In this document: positions 1-11,856 of the stretch, one piece after another
Layout of the letters: every line of letters begins with the position of its first letter
How positions within the stretch are numbered: position 1 is the stretch's first letter
NCBI GenBank assembly: GCA_963720465.1
Contig: OY970393.1
Span: forward strand, 864,001 to 928,000
Length of the DNA: 64,000 nt
Origin: Methanobacteriota archaeon
GTDB lineage: Archaea; Halobacteriota; Bog-38; Methanoflorentales; Methanoflorentaceae
Direction: 5' to 3'
Notes under the pieces: model-generated
Told to the model about the DNA's origin: nothing
The model's input: only the letters and a program-made list of their open reading frames with translations
The model's database searches: none
Made by a program: the position numbers and the translations under genes

Positions 1-476
1 CAACACTCGTGGTACCGGGGAACTGTGACCTCCCTACGATCGTTGAAACGATTGAGGAATCTTCCGCGGTCAACCTACATCTAAAGAGTTTTGACTACGA
101 TGATATCAAATTCCTTGGCATCGGCGGATCAAATCCAACGCCATTTAACACTCCCTTTGAATTCAGCGAGGCGGAATTACAGAGGTACACCGCTAGACTC
201 TTGAACGACGTCGGAGACACCACGGTTTTGCTTTCACACACCCCCCCCAAGGGATTCTTAGACGCGGTTGACTCGAAGCACGTCGGAAGTGAGGCAATTC
301 TCCACGCCGTGGGGATTGTCGACGTACTGGCCTGCGGACACATACACGAGCAGCGAGGCGCTCTTGTCTCGGGCAAAACCACGATCGTGAATCCTGGAAT
401 GGCTGCACGGGGCTTTGGTGCCGTTATCGAAATTCGTCCGGGAGAGAGCGCAATAGTCACGCTGATTCAGGCGTAA
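1..476 (+). CDS. Icc-like metallophosphoesterase (5' truncated by window edge)
   Basis: Motifs VPGNCD, LLSHTPP, CGHIHE, VNPG; frame open to window start. Confidence 0.85.
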   Translation, partial: TLVVPGNCDLPTIVETIEESSAVNLHLKSFDYDDIKFLGIGGSNPTPFNTPFEFSEAELQRYTARLLNDVGDTTVLLSHTPPKGFLDAVDSKHVGSEAILHAVGIVDVLACGHIHEQRGALVSGKTTIVNPGMAARGFGAVIEIRPGESAIVTLIQA

Positions 477-1020
477 GCTGTTTGCTTTAAGGACGCGATT
501 GTTTCGCTCTTCAAACAGCAGCCCAAGACGATTTGCAATTTGACGCTAAGACTTCCGCAAGGGCAAAATGCAATCAGCCAGAATTGCCCCCTTTGCTTAC
601 TACTTGCCAACCTCAACGAAGAACCCTCGCCTCGCGCCTGGCCACGGTGCTGAAGGAGTTACGCGAAATGGCTGCATCCTTCTTTGACACACACAAATCC
701 GCGAATAACCAACTTCTTAACCTCAGATGTGGTTCCGTGGGACTATAAACTGCCACCTCGTGCTGTCAACGGCCTTTTCTTCTCACGTTGTGTCGGCCCC
801 CGTGCCAATTTGAGCATTCTTCCCGCAACATCGAATCGGCCGAGCGTACAAAGCTGATCGGAAGCCGGTGGCAGACGTGACAAGCTCGCTATCAACTCGC
901 TGACACAGATCAATTCAGCTTGAAAATGGCCTTAAAGACTTCGGCAAAGAGAGCAGCTTCAGCGCGGAATTCTGTCCTGCTAGAGATAAGGGTTTTAAAT
1001 ATGAGACGCAAGTATCCCTT

Positions 1021-2070
1021 ATGAGCGTTGAACGGGGCGATTTCATCAGGTTGTCCTATACCGGGCGATTAGACAACGGCGATGTTTTTGACACCACAGA
1101 CGAAGATGTCGCCAAGGAAAATGGGCTATTCGCAGAGGGCGTTGCCTACGCACCTATAACCATCGTGGTCGGCGAAAACATGGTAGTCAAGGGGCTTGAC
1201 GAAGATTTTATCGGAAAAAAGGCTGGCCACAAAGGGCAGATCAAAATTGCACCACAAGATGCATTTGGACAGCGAATTCCTGAACTAATTGAAGTCGTCC
1301 CAACGCGCAGATTCGAAAAGAGACCGACGCCTGGAATGCGCGTTTCACTCGATAACAGGACAGGAACCGTCGAGAGCGTAATTGGGGGACGTGTGCGCGT
1401 GGATTTCAATTCGCCGTACGCAGGCAGGACCGTCAACTATGCGTATAAGATTGAGGCCATCATTGTCGATACTGTCGAAAAAGTCAAGGGATTGTTCAAG
1501 TACTACCTGAATAAGGACTTTGAGGTATCGATCGCTGAGCACAGAGTGATTGTTGAAATGCCCTACGAATTGGGATTCAACCAACAGGTGCAGTACTACA
1601 AGAAGCTTCTGGCCGAAAAAATCATTCAGTTTGCTGGCGCGGACGAAGTCGATTACTTGGAAGTCCATAAGCGACCCGAACCGGTCAGTGAAGAAGCCGC
1701 TACAGGTCCCGAAAAGGAGCCTGAAGCAAAGGAACCAAGGAAGCGCACACGCCGGACTAAAGCGGGTGAGGCGGCCCCGGCGAGTGAAGAAGCCGCTACA
1801 GGTGCCGAAAAGGAGCCTGAAGCAAAGGAACCAAGGAAGCGCACACGCCGGACTAAAGCGGGTGAGGCGGCCCCGGCGAGTGAAGAAGCCGCTACAGGTG
1901 CCGAAAAGGAGCCTGAAGCAAAGGAACCAAGGAAGCGCACACGCCGGACTAAAGCGGGTGAGGCGGCCCCGGCGAGTGAAGAAGCCGCTACAGGTGCCGA
2001 AAAGGAGCCTGAAGCAAAGGAACCAAGGAAGCGCACACGCCGGACTAAAGCGGGTGAGGCGGCCCCATAG
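1021..2070 (+). CDS. slyD: FKBP-type peptidyl-prolyl cis-trans isomerase (SlyD-like long archaeal type) with repetitive C-tail
   Basis: GDFIRLSYTGR, FDTT, VDFNSPYAG; TATA-like TTTTAAATA at ~993. Confidence 0.9.
   Translation: MSVERGDFIRLSYTGRLDNGDVFDTTDEDVAKENGLFAEGVAYAPITIVVGENMVVKGLDEDFIGKKAGHKGQIKIAPQDAFGQRIPELIEVVPTRRFEKRPTPGMRVSLDNRTGTVESVIGGRVRVDFNSPYAGRTVNYAYKIEAIIVDTVEKVKGLFKYYLNKDFEVSIAEHRVIVEMPYELGFNQQVQYYKKLLAEKIIQFAGADEVDYLEVHKRPEPVSEEAATGPEKEPEAKEPRKRTRRTKAGEAAPASEEAATGAEKEPEAKEPRKRTRRTKAGEAAPASEEAATGAEKEPEAKEPRKRTRRTKAGEAAPASEEAATGAEKEPEAKEPRKRTRRTKAGEAAP
1687..2067 (+). repeat. In-frame 96-bp tandem repeat x4 (last copy 93 bp), unit SEEAATGAEKEPEAKEPRKRTRRTKAGEAAPA
   Basis: Copies start at 1687, 1783, 1879, 1975; nearly identical at DNA level. 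Confidence 0.97.
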
Positions 2071-2211
2071 CAGAGCTTCACAACAAGAACCTGCGGCTCT
2101 TATCAGTCTCGAATAGACTAATCCAAATCCTGCCTGTTGGATACGTGTGAGTGAGTCAAGAGGCTCACTCCGAGTCTGAGCAGGATTATGTCACTTCAAA
2201 AAGCTGTTCGC

Positions 2212-2661
2212 TCAGCGCTTAAGCTCAACCAGTTTCAATGATTTTCCTTCAGGGCACGCATCTGGTGTGTCACCCAGCACTGAAGAAATCACGTACTTGT
2301 CATCCCGCGTGAGTCCACTCGGATGGCATAGTTCGTAGATCTTGCAGTCACGGACCTCGCAGTCGTTCTGCTTGTACAAGATTCTCGAGCCAACAAACGC
2401 GCTTTTAGAGTCGATTGCTGCTATGCTTGGACTTTCGACCACTTCGACCGCTTTGACCCCAATATCGTGCAGTGCGCAGTTGTGCTTCATATTGCCGCGC
2501 ACGCCGACTATTCTATAACGACGCGCAACGTCTAGATTCAGGCACGTGTTCTTAAATTTGCACGTCTCGCATTCATTCGTCGGTCCATTGAATACGAACT
2601 CTACGCCGACCTTGGCCAAGCCCACGCCGATTAGCGTTATGCTAGCGTTTCCTTTTGGCAT
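2212..2661 (-). CDS. UPF0179 family protein
   Basis: ITLIG..LAKVG.EF, CETCKFKNTC, CPEGKSL. Confidence 0.85.
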   Translation of the reverse strand: MPKGNASITLIGVGLAKVGVEFVFNGPTNECETCKFKNTCLNLDVARRYRIVGVRGNMKHNCALHDIGVKAVEVVESPSIAAIDSKSAFVGSRILYKQNDCEVRDCKIYELCHPSGLTRDDKYVISSVLGDTPDACPEGKSLKLVELKR

Positions 2662-2748
2662 CCTATCAATCCTGTACCTGTAATCTACTGATGCTGCACT
2701 CCGCTACCAGTAGGTTACGTTGTCTTATTATAAACATATGAATGCGGC

Positions 2749-3783
2749 CTACTCAATTACCCGGGTGATCTTCGCCAACTCTTCAGCCGCTTTTCTCGTG
2801 AGCCCCTCTCCAAGGATTGTGTAACGCTCAGGTCGCACGTTCTTTGCGTGAAGCAACGCTTCAACGATGTACTGATCCTTGATGCCCAAACCTTGAGCAT
2901 CGACCGGCGCGCCAATACTCTGGAGCGATTGTCGAATTCGTTGCCAGTCACCACCGTGCAGATAGGCCATCATAATGGTTCCAACACCGCACTGCTCGCC
3001 GTGCAAAGCCGGTTTGGGGGCTTTAACGTCAAGTGCGTGACTGAACTTATGCTCGCTGCCTGAAGCCGGCCGGGACGACCCTGCAATACTCATAGCCACG
3101 CTGCTCGAAACCAATGCTTTCACTACGAGCCGGACAGAGTCCTCCAAATTCGGCTTAATTTGCGTAGCCGCGTTGAGTATGATCTCAGTCGACATGAGCG
3201 ACAGCGCCGCAGCATACTCACTAAACTCTTCACCTCGCAGTTTCCTCGCGAGTTCCCAGTCCTTCACCGCCGTATAATTGGATATTATGTCGCCGCAACC
3301 GGCGGCGAGCAGCCTATGTGGCGCCTGCGCTATGATTCTCGTGTCTGCGATAATTGCAAGAGGGGTTTGAGCTTCGATCGATTGGGTTCCCTCCTTAAAA
3401 CGTATAGAAGCGCGCATCGATGCGATTCCGTCATGACTTGCTGCTGTGGGCACGCTGATGAACGGCAAATTCGCGCTGACCGACGCAATCTTGGCGATGT
3501 CAATGGTCCTGCCGCCGCCGACTGCGACTACGAAGTTCTTGTCCGAAGCGCGACTTGCGACTCGCTCGACTTCGTCCATCGAGGCCGAACCGACGATGAG
3601 CACCTCAGCGGGATATTCGTTCCCTAGGATGCCCGCTATTTGCTGCCCGAATGAACACGTATGCTGTCCGCAGACTATTAACCCGCTCCCGTCAAGTTTA
3701 AGTTCTCTAAGGACATCGGCAATATCGCGTATAGCATCTTGTTCCATCACTACAATTCTAGGGAGCAGCATCCATCGTTGCAT
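2749..3783 (-). CDS. egsA: NAD(P)-dependent glycerol-1-phosphate dehydrogenase
   Basis: [39 protein letters not shown]. Confidence 0.96.
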   Translation of the reverse strand: MQRWMLLPRIVVMEQDAIRDIADVLRELKLDGSGLIVCGQHTCSFGQQIAGILGNEYPAEVLIVGSASMDEVERVASRASDKNFVVAVGGGRTIDIAKIASVSANLPFISVPTAASHDGIASMRASIRFKEGTQSIEAQTPLAIIADTRIIAQAPHRLLAAGCGDIISNYTAVKDWELARKLRGEEFSEYAAALSLMSTEIILNAATQIKPNLEDSVRLVVKALVSSSVAMSIAGSSRPASGSEHKFSHALDVKAPKPALHGEQCGVGTIMMAYLHGGDWQRIRQSLQSIGAPVDAQGLGIKDQYIVEALLHAKNVRPERYTILGEGLTRKAAEELAKITRVIE

Positions 3784-3793
3784 CGGTGATCAC

Positions 3794-4645
3794 TTGTTCG
3801 ATCTAGGCACTTTTATCAACCAGTTAGGCAATTTTGTCAACCAGTACTATATACACCCCATCATATACGACACTGGATATAACCCGGTCAACACGATAAC
3901 GTGGGCTATCATTCTCGGCCTAAGCCTGTTTGGAGTCGTTAAGCTTCTCGACAAGCTGGATCTAACCGTTGATGAGGTTTTCATATTCGCGGTTTCCCCT
4001 TATATCTTTGTGGGGGGTTCTCTGCGCGTGGTTGAAGATGCCGGTCTCGTTGCCGCACCACTGAAGTATCTCTTGATCACCCCCCTAATCTATTTCTTCA
4101 TCTTTTTTGTGTGCATCGCGATCCTGATATTATCCGTAGGATTAGCGCGCGTTTCGCGCATCAAGTACTACTGGCCCTTCGCGCTCGGCGGCGTGGCATG
4201 GAGCATTCTGAACGTCTGGCTCCTTTACACGACGGCAAAGTCGTTCAACGGGACCATATTGGCGATCATATTGTCAGTTGGCGCGGCCCTGTGTTTATTG
4301 GTCTTCGTGATTGGGCGCCTTTTTAACATCGCGCTTCTAAAGGATCGCGTCAACGCGTACGTGCTCGACGGACAGCTGCTCGACGCCACAGCCACGTCGT
4401 TCGGCCTCACGCTCCTCCCGTATGCAGAGAAACACGTGCTTCCGAACTTCCTTATTGAAGCCACCGGCACGGCATTCATTATGTACCCGCTCAAGGTCAT
4501 CGTAACGATTCCGGTGCTGTTCATAATAGATGAATATTTGAAGGGCGAATCAAGAAATCTAACTGGCTTGGTGAAGCTTGCTATTCTCACGGTTGGCCTA
4601 GCGCCTGCTATCAGGGACACGTTACGGATGACCCTCGGAGTATGA
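3794..4645 (+). CDS. DUF63 family membrane protein
   Basis: GYNPVNTITWA, GGSLRVVED, LDATAT, YAEKHVLP, GLAPAIRD; TTG start after GGTGAT (upstream part of the track ORF overlaps egsA). Confidence 0.85.
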   Translation: MFDLGTFINQLGNFVNQYYIHPIIYDTGYNPVNTITWAIILGLSLFGVVKLLDKLDLTVDEVFIFAVSPYIFVGGSLRVVEDAGLVAAPLKYLLITPLIYFFIFFVCIAILILSVGLARVSRIKYYWPFALGGVAWSILNVWLLYTTAKSFNGTILAIILSVGAALCLLVFVIGRLFNIALLKDRVNAYVLDGQLLDATATSFGLTLLPYAEKHVLPNFLIEATGTAFIMYPLKVIVTIPVLFIIDEYLKGESRNLTGLVKLAILTVGLAPAIRDTLRMTLGV

Positions 4646-4702
4646 CATCTTTCGGGATGAGGCCACGTTCACATTCGCACGTAACCGCATCGGAGTGGTA
4701 GA

Positions 4703-6091
4703 GTGAAGAGCGATAATTTCAGCGAGTGGTTCAATGAGTTGCTGGTCGATGCGGAAATCATGGACGTGCGATACCCGATCAAAGGGTTGTATGTATGGTT
4801 TCCCTTCGGCTTCACCTTGCGAAAACTGACGTACGACATACTCCGGTCGCTTCTGGATCGAGAGCACGAAGAAACCTATTTCCCTCTCCTCATACCTGAA
4901 AATGAGCTCCTTAAAGAATCGGAACACATCAAAGGATTTGAGGAAGAGGTCTTCTGGGTGACCAGAGGCGGTTTCACAGAACTCGATGTGCCGCTTGCTC
5001 TGCGGCCGACTTCAGAGACCGCAATTTATCCGATGTTTAGCATTTGGATACGCTCGCACGCAGATCTTCCGCTCAAGATCTACCAGATCGTCAACACTTT
5101 CAGGTACGAGACGAAACATACCCGACCGCTGATACGGCTACGAGAGATAACCAGCTTCCAAGAGGCGCACACCGCTCACGCCTCTTGGGAGGACGCTAAG
5201 AAACAAACCGAAGCTGCCGTGGCGCTGTACAAGGAGTTCTACGACAGGTTAGGTATCCCCTATGTCGTCTTGCGTCGACCGCAGTGGGACAGATTTCCCG
5301 GAGCCGATTACACCATCGCGTTCGATACGCTAATGCCCGATGGGAAGAGCTTACAAATCGGAACGATTCATCATCTAAGCACAAACTTCGCAAAGACGTT
5401 CGATATCACGTACGAAGATCGCTCCGGAAACCAGCAGTTTGTAAATCAGACGTGCTACGGAATTTCGGAGCGCTGCATTGCTGCTGTCATTTCAGTTCAC
5501 GGCGACGACAAAGGTCTGGTGCTACCGCCCGAGATAGCCCCTACTCAAATTGTTATTATCCCCATTTTCACTGCTGAAGCTGATTCCGAAGCAGTGTTGA
5601 AAGCGTGTACCGAACTCAAACACGAGTTGTCGCGCTATCGCATCGTTCTTGACACGGCTGATGCCCGGCCGGGCGCCAAGTTCTATAAGTGGGAAAAACA
5701 GGGGGTTCCCGTGCGCATAGAGGTCGGCCCCAGAGACATTTCAAAAAGCGCCGTAACGCTCGTGCGGCGGGATACTGGAAATAAAGAGGTTGTGGCGCGT
5801 TCTAAACTGCAAGCGCGAGTTGGTGAAGTGATGACTGAGGTGCTCAGTACTATGGCTAAAAGGGCACAAGCGGTCCTGCGCACGCACACTGTCGCGATAG
5901 AAACTCCTGAGCAAGCAAAAGACAAGAAGGGCTTTTTTCAGATTTCGTGGTGCGGATCCGAGTCCTGTGGCCACCGGCTGCAAGAGCTGAGTGACGCTGA
6001 TGTATTGGGAGAGGCCGAGCCAATGGAGGGACGGTGCGCCATATGCAAAACGCCAACGACCGTAAAGGCCTTTTTAGCTCGGCCTTACTGA
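4703..6091 (+). CDS. proS: Proline--tRNA ligase (archaeal/eukaryotic type)
   Basis: [32 protein letters not shown]. Confidence 0.97.
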   Translation: MKSDNFSEWFNELLVDAEIMDVRYPIKGLYVWFPFGFTLRKLTYDILRSLLDREHEETYFPLLIPENELLKESEHIKGFEEEVFWVTRGGFTELDVPLALRPTSETAIYPMFSIWIRSHADLPLKIYQIVNTFRYETKHTRPLIRLREITSFQEAHTAHASWEDAKKQTEAAVALYKEFYDRLGIPYVVLRRPQWDRFPGADYTIAFDTLMPDGKSLQIGTIHHLSTNFAKTFDITYEDRSGNQQFVNQTCYGISERCIAAVISVHGDDKGLVLPPEIAPTQIVIIPIFTAEADSEAVLKACTELKHELSRYRIVLDTADARPGAKFYKWEKQGVPVRIEVGPRDISKSAVTLVRRDTGNKEVVARSKLQARVGEVMTEVLSTMAKRAQAVLRTHTVAIETPEQAKDKKGFFQISWCGSESCGHRLQELSDADVLGEAEPMEGRCAICKTPTTVKAFLARPY

Positions 6092-6256
6092 CGCAGTCTT
6101 TAGCCTGTCAAGATCCATAGCTTCACATATCTCTCGAGATTATCGATTCGCTGCTCTGGATTTACACTTCCAGCAAAAATGGTTGCGCATCCCCAGCGGA
6201 AAAACCTGACGCGAAGTGGCAAACACTTTTTTCCAAATAAAACAAAACTGAACCAG

Positions 6257-7408
6257 ATGAATATCAGAACGCTCGATCGAAAAATAACCGAGCTGCAACT
6301 CGACGGCTATATACTATATGCGGCCTCGTCCCAAGACGCGAACCTCTACTATTTGACTGATTTCCTGGCAGACGATCCATTCTTGTTCTTGCGCGCCGGC
6401 GGGCAGTCGCTGCTCGTCGTATCGAGTATGGAGAGTGCAAGGGCGATTCTATCCTCGACAGCTGATCGGGTGCGCTCGCAAGAAGAATTCCGAAGAGATT
6501 CGCACGTAATGGAAGGCGACCGAGCGACAATTGATCTACTTGTCTCAGTGCTAAAAGAATACAACATTAAGCGCTTAGGCGTTGACGCAGCTTTTCCGAT
6601 CATTTTAGCTGACGCGCTTCGGAACGACGGTTACGAGTTACACCCCATATCTGGTTTGATCGAACGCTTGCGCTCCATTAAAACAGCGCGCGAGCTGAGA
6701 CTTATGATGGCCGTACAACGTGCTTGCGAAAAAGCGTTCGATTCCGCCCTGGCCATCTTGCGACGCAGCGAAATCATCGGTGATACGCTGCGTTATGACG
6801 GGCAGGTGCTTACGTCGGAGCGGCTAAAGGCCACAATCGGCTGTTCACTCATCAATGACGCTTGTACCTCGACTGACGTGATCGCTTCAAGCGGCTATGA
6901 CTCTGCGTTACCTCATCTCGCCGGTTCAGGGCCCATCAAAGCCCATTCTGCGATAGTCCTCGATATTTTTCCTCAATCGATAGAATCGCAATACCACGCC
7001 GATATGTCGCGGACAGTGTTACGAGGTGAAGCTCCTCGTGAACTCGCTGAGATGTTCACCGCAGTTCAGGAAGCGCAAGAACTCGCTGTTCAGAGGATCC
7101 GACCGGGCATCAGCGGAGCAGAAGTCCACTTGGCGGTCGCAGACCACTTCGAAGAGCGCGGATTTCACACTGACCTCGAAAAAGGCATTGGGTTCATTCA
7201 CTCGACAGGACACGGACTGGGGTTGGAGGTTCACGAACTTCCGTTTCTCAGCAAACGAGGGGGGATCCTGGCAAAAGGCAATGTAGTCACCGTCGAACCC
7301 GGCCTTTACTATGCGAACGTCGGGGGGGTGCGCATCGAAGACGCAGTAGTTATTACTCATAACGGGAATAGAAGTATCACGCAGTCCAAAAAGGAGCTTG
7401 TGATTTAA
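6257..7408 (+). CDS. Xaa-Pro peptidase (M24 family)
   Basis: DIFP, YHADMSRT, HSTGHGLGLEVHE, VEPGLY, GVRIED. Confidence 0.92.
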   Translation: MNIRTLDRKITELQLDGYILYAASSQDANLYYLTDFLADDPFLFLRAGGQSLLVVSSMESARAILSSTADRVRSQEEFRRDSHVMEGDRATIDLLVSVLKEYNIKRLGVDAAFPIILADALRNDGYELHPISGLIERLRSIKTARELRLMMAVQRACEKAFDSALAILRRSEIIGDTLRYDGQVLTSERLKATIGCSLINDACTSTDVIASSGYDSALPHLAGSGPIKAHSAIVLDIFPQSIESQYHADMSRTVLRGEAPRELAEMFTAVQEAQELAVQRIRPGISGAEVHLAVADHFEERGFHTDLEKGIGFIHSTGHGLGLEVHELPFLSKRGGILAKGNVVTVEPGLYYANVGGVRIEDAVVITHNGNRSITQSKKELVI

Positions 7409-8278
7409 GTGACGGAAGCCGAGGTCTTAGAGAAATATCGCGAAGCCGGGCGTATATTAGCAGAGGTTCGCGCAGATGCCGTTAAGAAGATAAAAGTCGG
7501 AAAAAAATTGCTCGACGCAGCGGAAAGCATTGAAAACTCAATTCAGCAAAAAGGCGGTGCTGTCGCTTTCCCGACGAACATATCCGTGAACGAGGAGGCG
7601 GCGCACGCCACTCCTTCCAAGGCAGATGCGTCAACGTTTGGGACTGATCTCGTCAAGCTGGATATTGGCGTGCATATAAATGGCTATATTGCCGATACAG
7701 CGGTCACCATCGACCTCGGCAACAATAAGGAGCTAGTCGACGCCTCGAACAGTGCCCTCGAGCGAGCAATTGAAGTCGTGCGTGCGGGTGTTGATTTGGC
7801 AGCAATCAGTGAAGTCATCGAAGACACGATCACTGGTTACGGGTACCTCCCGGTCGCCAATCTTACAGGCCACGGCCTCGAGCGCTACACACAACACGCG
7901 CCGCCCGCGATTCACAACCGACGAACTCAAAGCGGATCGAAGCTCAAAGAAGGTCAGGTCGTAGCAATTGAACCGTTTTCTTCCGCCGGCAACGGTCGCG
8001 TGTACGAAACAGGTAAAGCGGAGATCTTCAGCCTTGTAAAGGCAAAGCCTGTGCGATCGCCTGAAGCTCGAGCCATTTTGAAAGATATTGACGCTTACAA
8101 AACACTGCCATTCGCCAAGAGATGGTTAAAAGGCCGTGTCGATTTGGGCTTGAAACAACTTGAAACGGCAGGAATAATTCGCGCTTATCCGGTACTCAAA
8201 GACCGAGGACTCGTTTCGCAGTCTGAGGATACCCTGATTGTAACGAACGACGGAAGCGAGGTTATAACCAGGATCTGA
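7409..8278 (+). CDS. map: Type II methionine aminopeptidase
   Basis: AFPTNIS, KLDIGVHINGYIADTA, NLTGHG, AIEPF. Confidence 0.96.
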   Translation: MTEAEVLEKYREAGRILAEVRADAVKKIKVGKKLLDAAESIENSIQQKGGAVAFPTNISVNEEAAHATPSKADASTFGTDLVKLDIGVHINGYIADTAVTIDLGNNKELVDASNSALERAIEVVRAGVDLAAISEVIEDTITGYGYLPVANLTGHGLERYTQHAPPAIHNRRTQSGSKLKEGQVVAIEPFSSAGNGRVYETGKAEIFSLVKAKPVRSPEARAILKDIDAYKTLPFAKRWLKGRVDLGLKQLETAGIIRAYPVLKDRGLVSQSEDTLIVTNDGSEVITRI

Positions 8279-8374
8279 TACGTCTTTCGGACCCTTTTGG
8301 CCGTTTGCCCTCGACCTAATCTTTATATGCTTTTCACACACATGAAGTTCGCTTATAAATCAGGATGATGCTAG

Positions 8375-9658
8375 ATGGAAGACCCGGAAAATCAGGTCCT
8401 TGACATCATCGAGCTGCTACTCACCGCGCATATCTACAATGATTATGATCAGCTCGATGAAAATGACCTGCCCCCTTATATCAGAAAGAACTACTGGAAC
8501 TCCAAGGAACGAAGAGTAGATAGGCCTATAATCGTCTCAGAAAACGCCGTTGACAGAATCTACGAGATTCCCCACGGATGGGGTTTGATCAAAACGTTGC
8601 CATTTGTAGTGTTCGAGGAATTTGGCGCCCGGATCAATCTTACGGTGCTTGACCTGGCAGCCAGGTGGTTTGCCACACAAGACTCACTATCTCGCATCAA
8701 CCAAAATCCTGCCTTGGCTTTCTACTACTCAAGAAATGACTCGCTGGACGTCGATTACGAACAGGTGCGTCGGCTGAACAAGCCTAAAGAAATGGACAGG
8801 GAGTGGATATTTTCTTTGATAGACGAGATCGCCGGCGAGGGAGAAGAAGCAGAAGACATGCTCAAGCTCGTCGCAATCTCTGCGCCTGAAGACGTTCGCG
8901 AGAGTCTCGATAAACTCGTTCTCACGCAAGAACAAATAGAGGAGATCGAGAAGGTCGTCAAGGCAATTCAGTACAGAGACTATTTGAGGGAGATAGAACT
9001 CTTCGAGATAGGGAAGCTCTTGTTTGTGGGCCCACCTGGAACCGGGAAGACGTCGGTCGCTCGAGCCCTTTCAAAAGAGTTAGGGCTTCCGTTTCTGGAG
9101 GTGCGACTATCGATGATTACCTCACAATATCTTGGCGAGACGTCCAAGAACATCGGAAAAGTATTCGCTCTGGCCAAGCGATTAAACCCCTGCATCTTGT
9201 TCATCGATGAGTTTGATTATGTGGCCAAAACACGGCTCTCTGATGAGCACGGCGCGATAAAAAGAGCCGTAAACATGCTGCTCAAGAGTATCGACGACAT
9301 CAGCCTAGTCGATGACGGAGTGCTGATGATCGGTGCGACTAATCACCCAAGCCTTCTCGATTCAGCCGCATGGAGGCGATTTGACAAGATCGTACCGTTT
9401 CCACTTCCAGATGCCGCAATGAGAAAAGAGATATTAGACAAGATCACGGCCCGCATTAAGGGTACGTTTGACACGCAGAAGCTGGCGGAAATGACAGATC
9501 AATGCACGGGCTCAGATCTGAGGCTGATATTAAGAGAAGCCGTGCTCAAGGCGCTGTTTGAAGAACGGATGGACCTCTCTCAAAATGATCTTGAGGAGGC
9601 TGTCAGTAACTTCAGTAAGCGATCTGAGCTCAAGATGAGTGAATACGAGAACATCTAG
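8375..9658 (+). CDS. AAA+ ATPase
   Basis: Walker A GPPGTGKT, Walker B LFIDEFD, SRH ATNHP..LD.AAWRRFD. Confidence 0.9.
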   Translation: MEDPENQVLDIIELLLTAHIYNDYDQLDENDLPPYIRKNYWNSKERRVDRPIIVSENAVDRIYEIPHGWGLIKTLPFVVFEEFGARINLTVLDLAARWFATQDSLSRINQNPALAFYYSRNDSLDVDYEQVRRLNKPKEMDREWIFSLIDEIAGEGEEAEDMLKLVAISAPEDVRESLDKLVLTQEQIEEIEKVVKAIQYRDYLREIELFEIGKLLFVGPPGTGKTSVARALSKELGLPFLEVRLSMITSQYLGETSKNIGKVFALAKRLNPCILFIDEFDYVAKTRLSDEHGAIKRAVNMLLKSIDDISLVDDGVLMIGATNHPSLLDSAAWRRFDKIVPFPLPDAAMRKEILDKITARIKGTFDTQKLAEMTDQCTGSDLRLILREAVLKALFEERMDLSQNDLEEAVSNFSKRSELKMSEYENI

Positions 9659-9746
9659 TTGGGCAGAGTCGCAACGAAGACGACAGCATGAACAACCTGA
9701 CTGCGTCACTGAGAACACAACCGCACGTCAGGCGGAGGTAGCAAAC

Positions 9747-10970
9747 TTGGAAGCTTGCGTAAACATAGGAATGGTAGGACACGTCGACCACGGCAAGACG
9801 ACCTTGGTATCCGCCCTTTCAGGCGTGTGGACAGATCAGCACAGCGAAGAAATCAAGCGCGGCATTTCCATCAGACTCGGATATGCCAACGTAACCTTTA
9901 GAAAATGTCCGCAATGTCCCGAGCCCGATGCGTACACAGTCTCGGAAGTGTGCGGCGCGTGCGGCACGAAGGCAGAAACGCTGCGCACGGTGTCGTTCGT
10001 GGATGCGCCTGGACACGAGACGTTGATGGCAACTATGTTGTCGGGTGCGGCGATCATGGACGGCGCAATACTTGTGATCGCGGCGAACGAACCGTGCCCC
10101 CAACCCCAGACCAAAGAACACCTCATGGCGCTCGATATAATTGGCATTAAAAATGTAATCATCGTTCAAAACAAGATTGACCTTGTCTCCCACGACGATC
10201 TGCTCGTGAATTATGAACAGATAAAGGAGTTCGTGAAAGGGACAGTGGCAGAGCACGCTCCAATTGTGCCTATATCGGCCCAGCAAGCGGTGAATATTGA
10301 CTTGCTTATCGAGCTTATTGAGAAGGAGATACCGTGCACGGCGCACGACGCGACTAAGCCCGCGCAAATGTTTATCGCGCGCTCTTTCGACGTCAATAAG
10401 CCCGGAGCCGATATCACGAAGCTGCTCGGCGGTGTCATCGGCGGCACGCTGAATCAGGGAGAGCTCAAGCTTAAGGACGAACTGGAAATACGACCGGGAA
10501 GAAGCGTCGAAGTTGGTGGCAAGACAGAATGGGTTCCCATTACAACGACTGTGTCGAGCATCGTTTCTGAGAAAGAAAAACTGAAGGTTGCGACGCCTGG
10601 TGGGCTGCTCGGCGTGGGAACGAAACTGGACCCCGCCCTAGTAAAGAGCGATTCTCTCGTCGGGCAGATTGCCGGGACGCCGGGAACGCTGCCACCCGTG
10701 TGGAAGGCCTTCACGATGGACGTCAAGCTTCTCGACCGTGTCGTCGGGAGCTCAGATGAACTTAACGTCGATTCGATACACACGAGCGAGCCGCTCATGT
10801 TAAGCGTCGGCACAGCCACAACCGTTGGCGTCGCCACTAGCGCGCGGAATTCGGCCGTCGAAGTAGCCCTCAAGAGGCCCGTCTGCGCGGAAATCGGGTC
10901 TCGAGTCGCCATTTCGAGACGAATCGGCTCGCGATGGCGGCTTATTGGAGCGGGAACGCTCGCCAAATGA
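9747..10970 (+). CDS. eif2g: Translation initiation factor aIF2 subunit gamma
   Basis: [17 protein letters not shown], Zn knuckle, DAPGHE, QNKID; TTG start after GGAGGT. Confidence 0.97.
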   Translation: MEACVNIGMVGHVDHGKTTLVSALSGVWTDQHSEEIKRGISIRLGYANVTFRKCPQCPEPDAYTVSEVCGACGTKAETLRTVSFVDAPGHETLMATMLSGAAIMDGAILVIAANEPCPQPQTKEHLMALDIIGIKNVIIVQNKIDLVSHDDLLVNYEQIKEFVKGTVAEHAPIVPISAQQAVNIDLLIELIEKEIPCTAHDATKPAQMFIARSFDVNKPGADITKLLGGVIGGTLNQGELKLKDELEIRPGRSVEVGGKTEWVPITTTVSSIVSEKEKLKVATPGGLLGVGTKLDPALVKSDSLVGQIAGTPGTLPPVWKAFTMDVKLLDRVVGSSDELNVDSIHTSEPLMLSVGTATTVGVATSARNSAVEVALKRPVCAEIGSRVAISRRIGSRWRLIGAGTLAK

Positions 10971-11326
10971 TCGCCATATTAGATACCAATGCGCTTCTGA
11001 TTCCCTGGCATTTCAGGATCGACGTGCTAGAAGAACTGCGCGGGCTGGGATTTGTGCCTGCTACGATCGAACCAGTGCGGCGAGAACTGAGTATTTTGAT
11101 GAAGAAGGGCTCCGCAGGAGCAGGCGTCGCATTGCGCCTTTCAGAGAGATGCCAAGTCATCGAAACCGCGGATGGATCGACCGTCGATGACCAAATCCTT
11201 AACACTGCGCTTAAATACAAAGCAGCGGTTGTAACGAACGACAAGCTTCTGAAGCGAGACCTTCGTGCGCATAGCATCCGTGTCGTGCAGCTAAGAAACA
11301 AGAAGCACTTAGAGGTAGATATGTGA
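10967..11326 (+). CDS. PIN-domain (Fcf1/Utp24-like) protein
   Basis: [19 protein letters not shown]; conserved position after aIF2-gamma. Confidence 0.88.
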   Translation: MIAILDTNALLIPWHFRIDVLEELRGLGFVPATIEPVRRELSILMKKGSAGAGVALRLSERCQVIETADGSTVDDQILNTALKYKAAVVTNDKLLKRDLRAHSIRVVQLRNKKHLEVDM

Positions 11327-11856
11327 TGAACCTGTGGAAAGACATCGAAACAGGACCCCGGCCACCGGAAGAAATATTCGTCGTAGTGGAGATTCCGAAA
11401 GGGAGCCGCAATAAGTACAAGTACAGCAAAGAGTGGAACGCAATTCATCTCGACCGGGTGTTATATTCTCCGTTACACTACCCGGGCGAATATGGCTTCA
11501 TTCCGAGAACCTATTATGATGATGACGATCCGTTCGATGCGATCGTTATAATGGATGAGCCAACCTATCCTGGCTGCATCATCGACGCAAGACCAATCGC
11601 ATTGCTTAAGATGCTCGATTCGGGGGAAGCAGACGACAAGGTGCTTTGCGTGCCGATCAACGATCCGAAGTACGCGGAATATACTGACATTAACGACGTC
11701 CAAAGTCACTTCCTCAAGGAGGTCACACACTTTTTTGAAGTGTACAAACGGCTCGAAGGTAAGGAAACAACGGTACTAGGTTGGGAAGGAGCAGACGCCG
11801 CCAACGAGCGGATACAGTATTCGATGGATCTATTCAAGAGAGTGATAGATGTATAA
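11323..11856 (+). CDS. ppa: Inorganic pyrophosphatase family I
   Basis: EIPKGSRNKY, YPGEYGFIP, DDDPFD, DDKVL. Confidence 0.96.
   Translation: MMNLWKDIETGPRPPEEIFVVVEIPKGSRNKYKYSKEWNAIHLDRVLYSPLHYPGEYGFIPRTYYDDDDPFDAIVIMDEPTYPGCIIDARPIALLKMLDSGEADDKVLCVPINDPKYAEYTDINDVQSHFLKEVTHFFEVYKRLEGKETTVLGWEGADAANERIQYSMDLFKRVIDV

Noticed and set aside
480-1000. Possible ncRNA or tRNA in the long intergenic region
   Set aside because: No cloverleaf or recognisable motif by eye.
1687-2067. CRISPR array
   Set aside because: Contiguous in-frame coding repeats with no unique spacers; no cas genes seen.
3446-3793. Long N-terminus of DUF63 ORF
   Set aside because: Antisense shadow of egsA.
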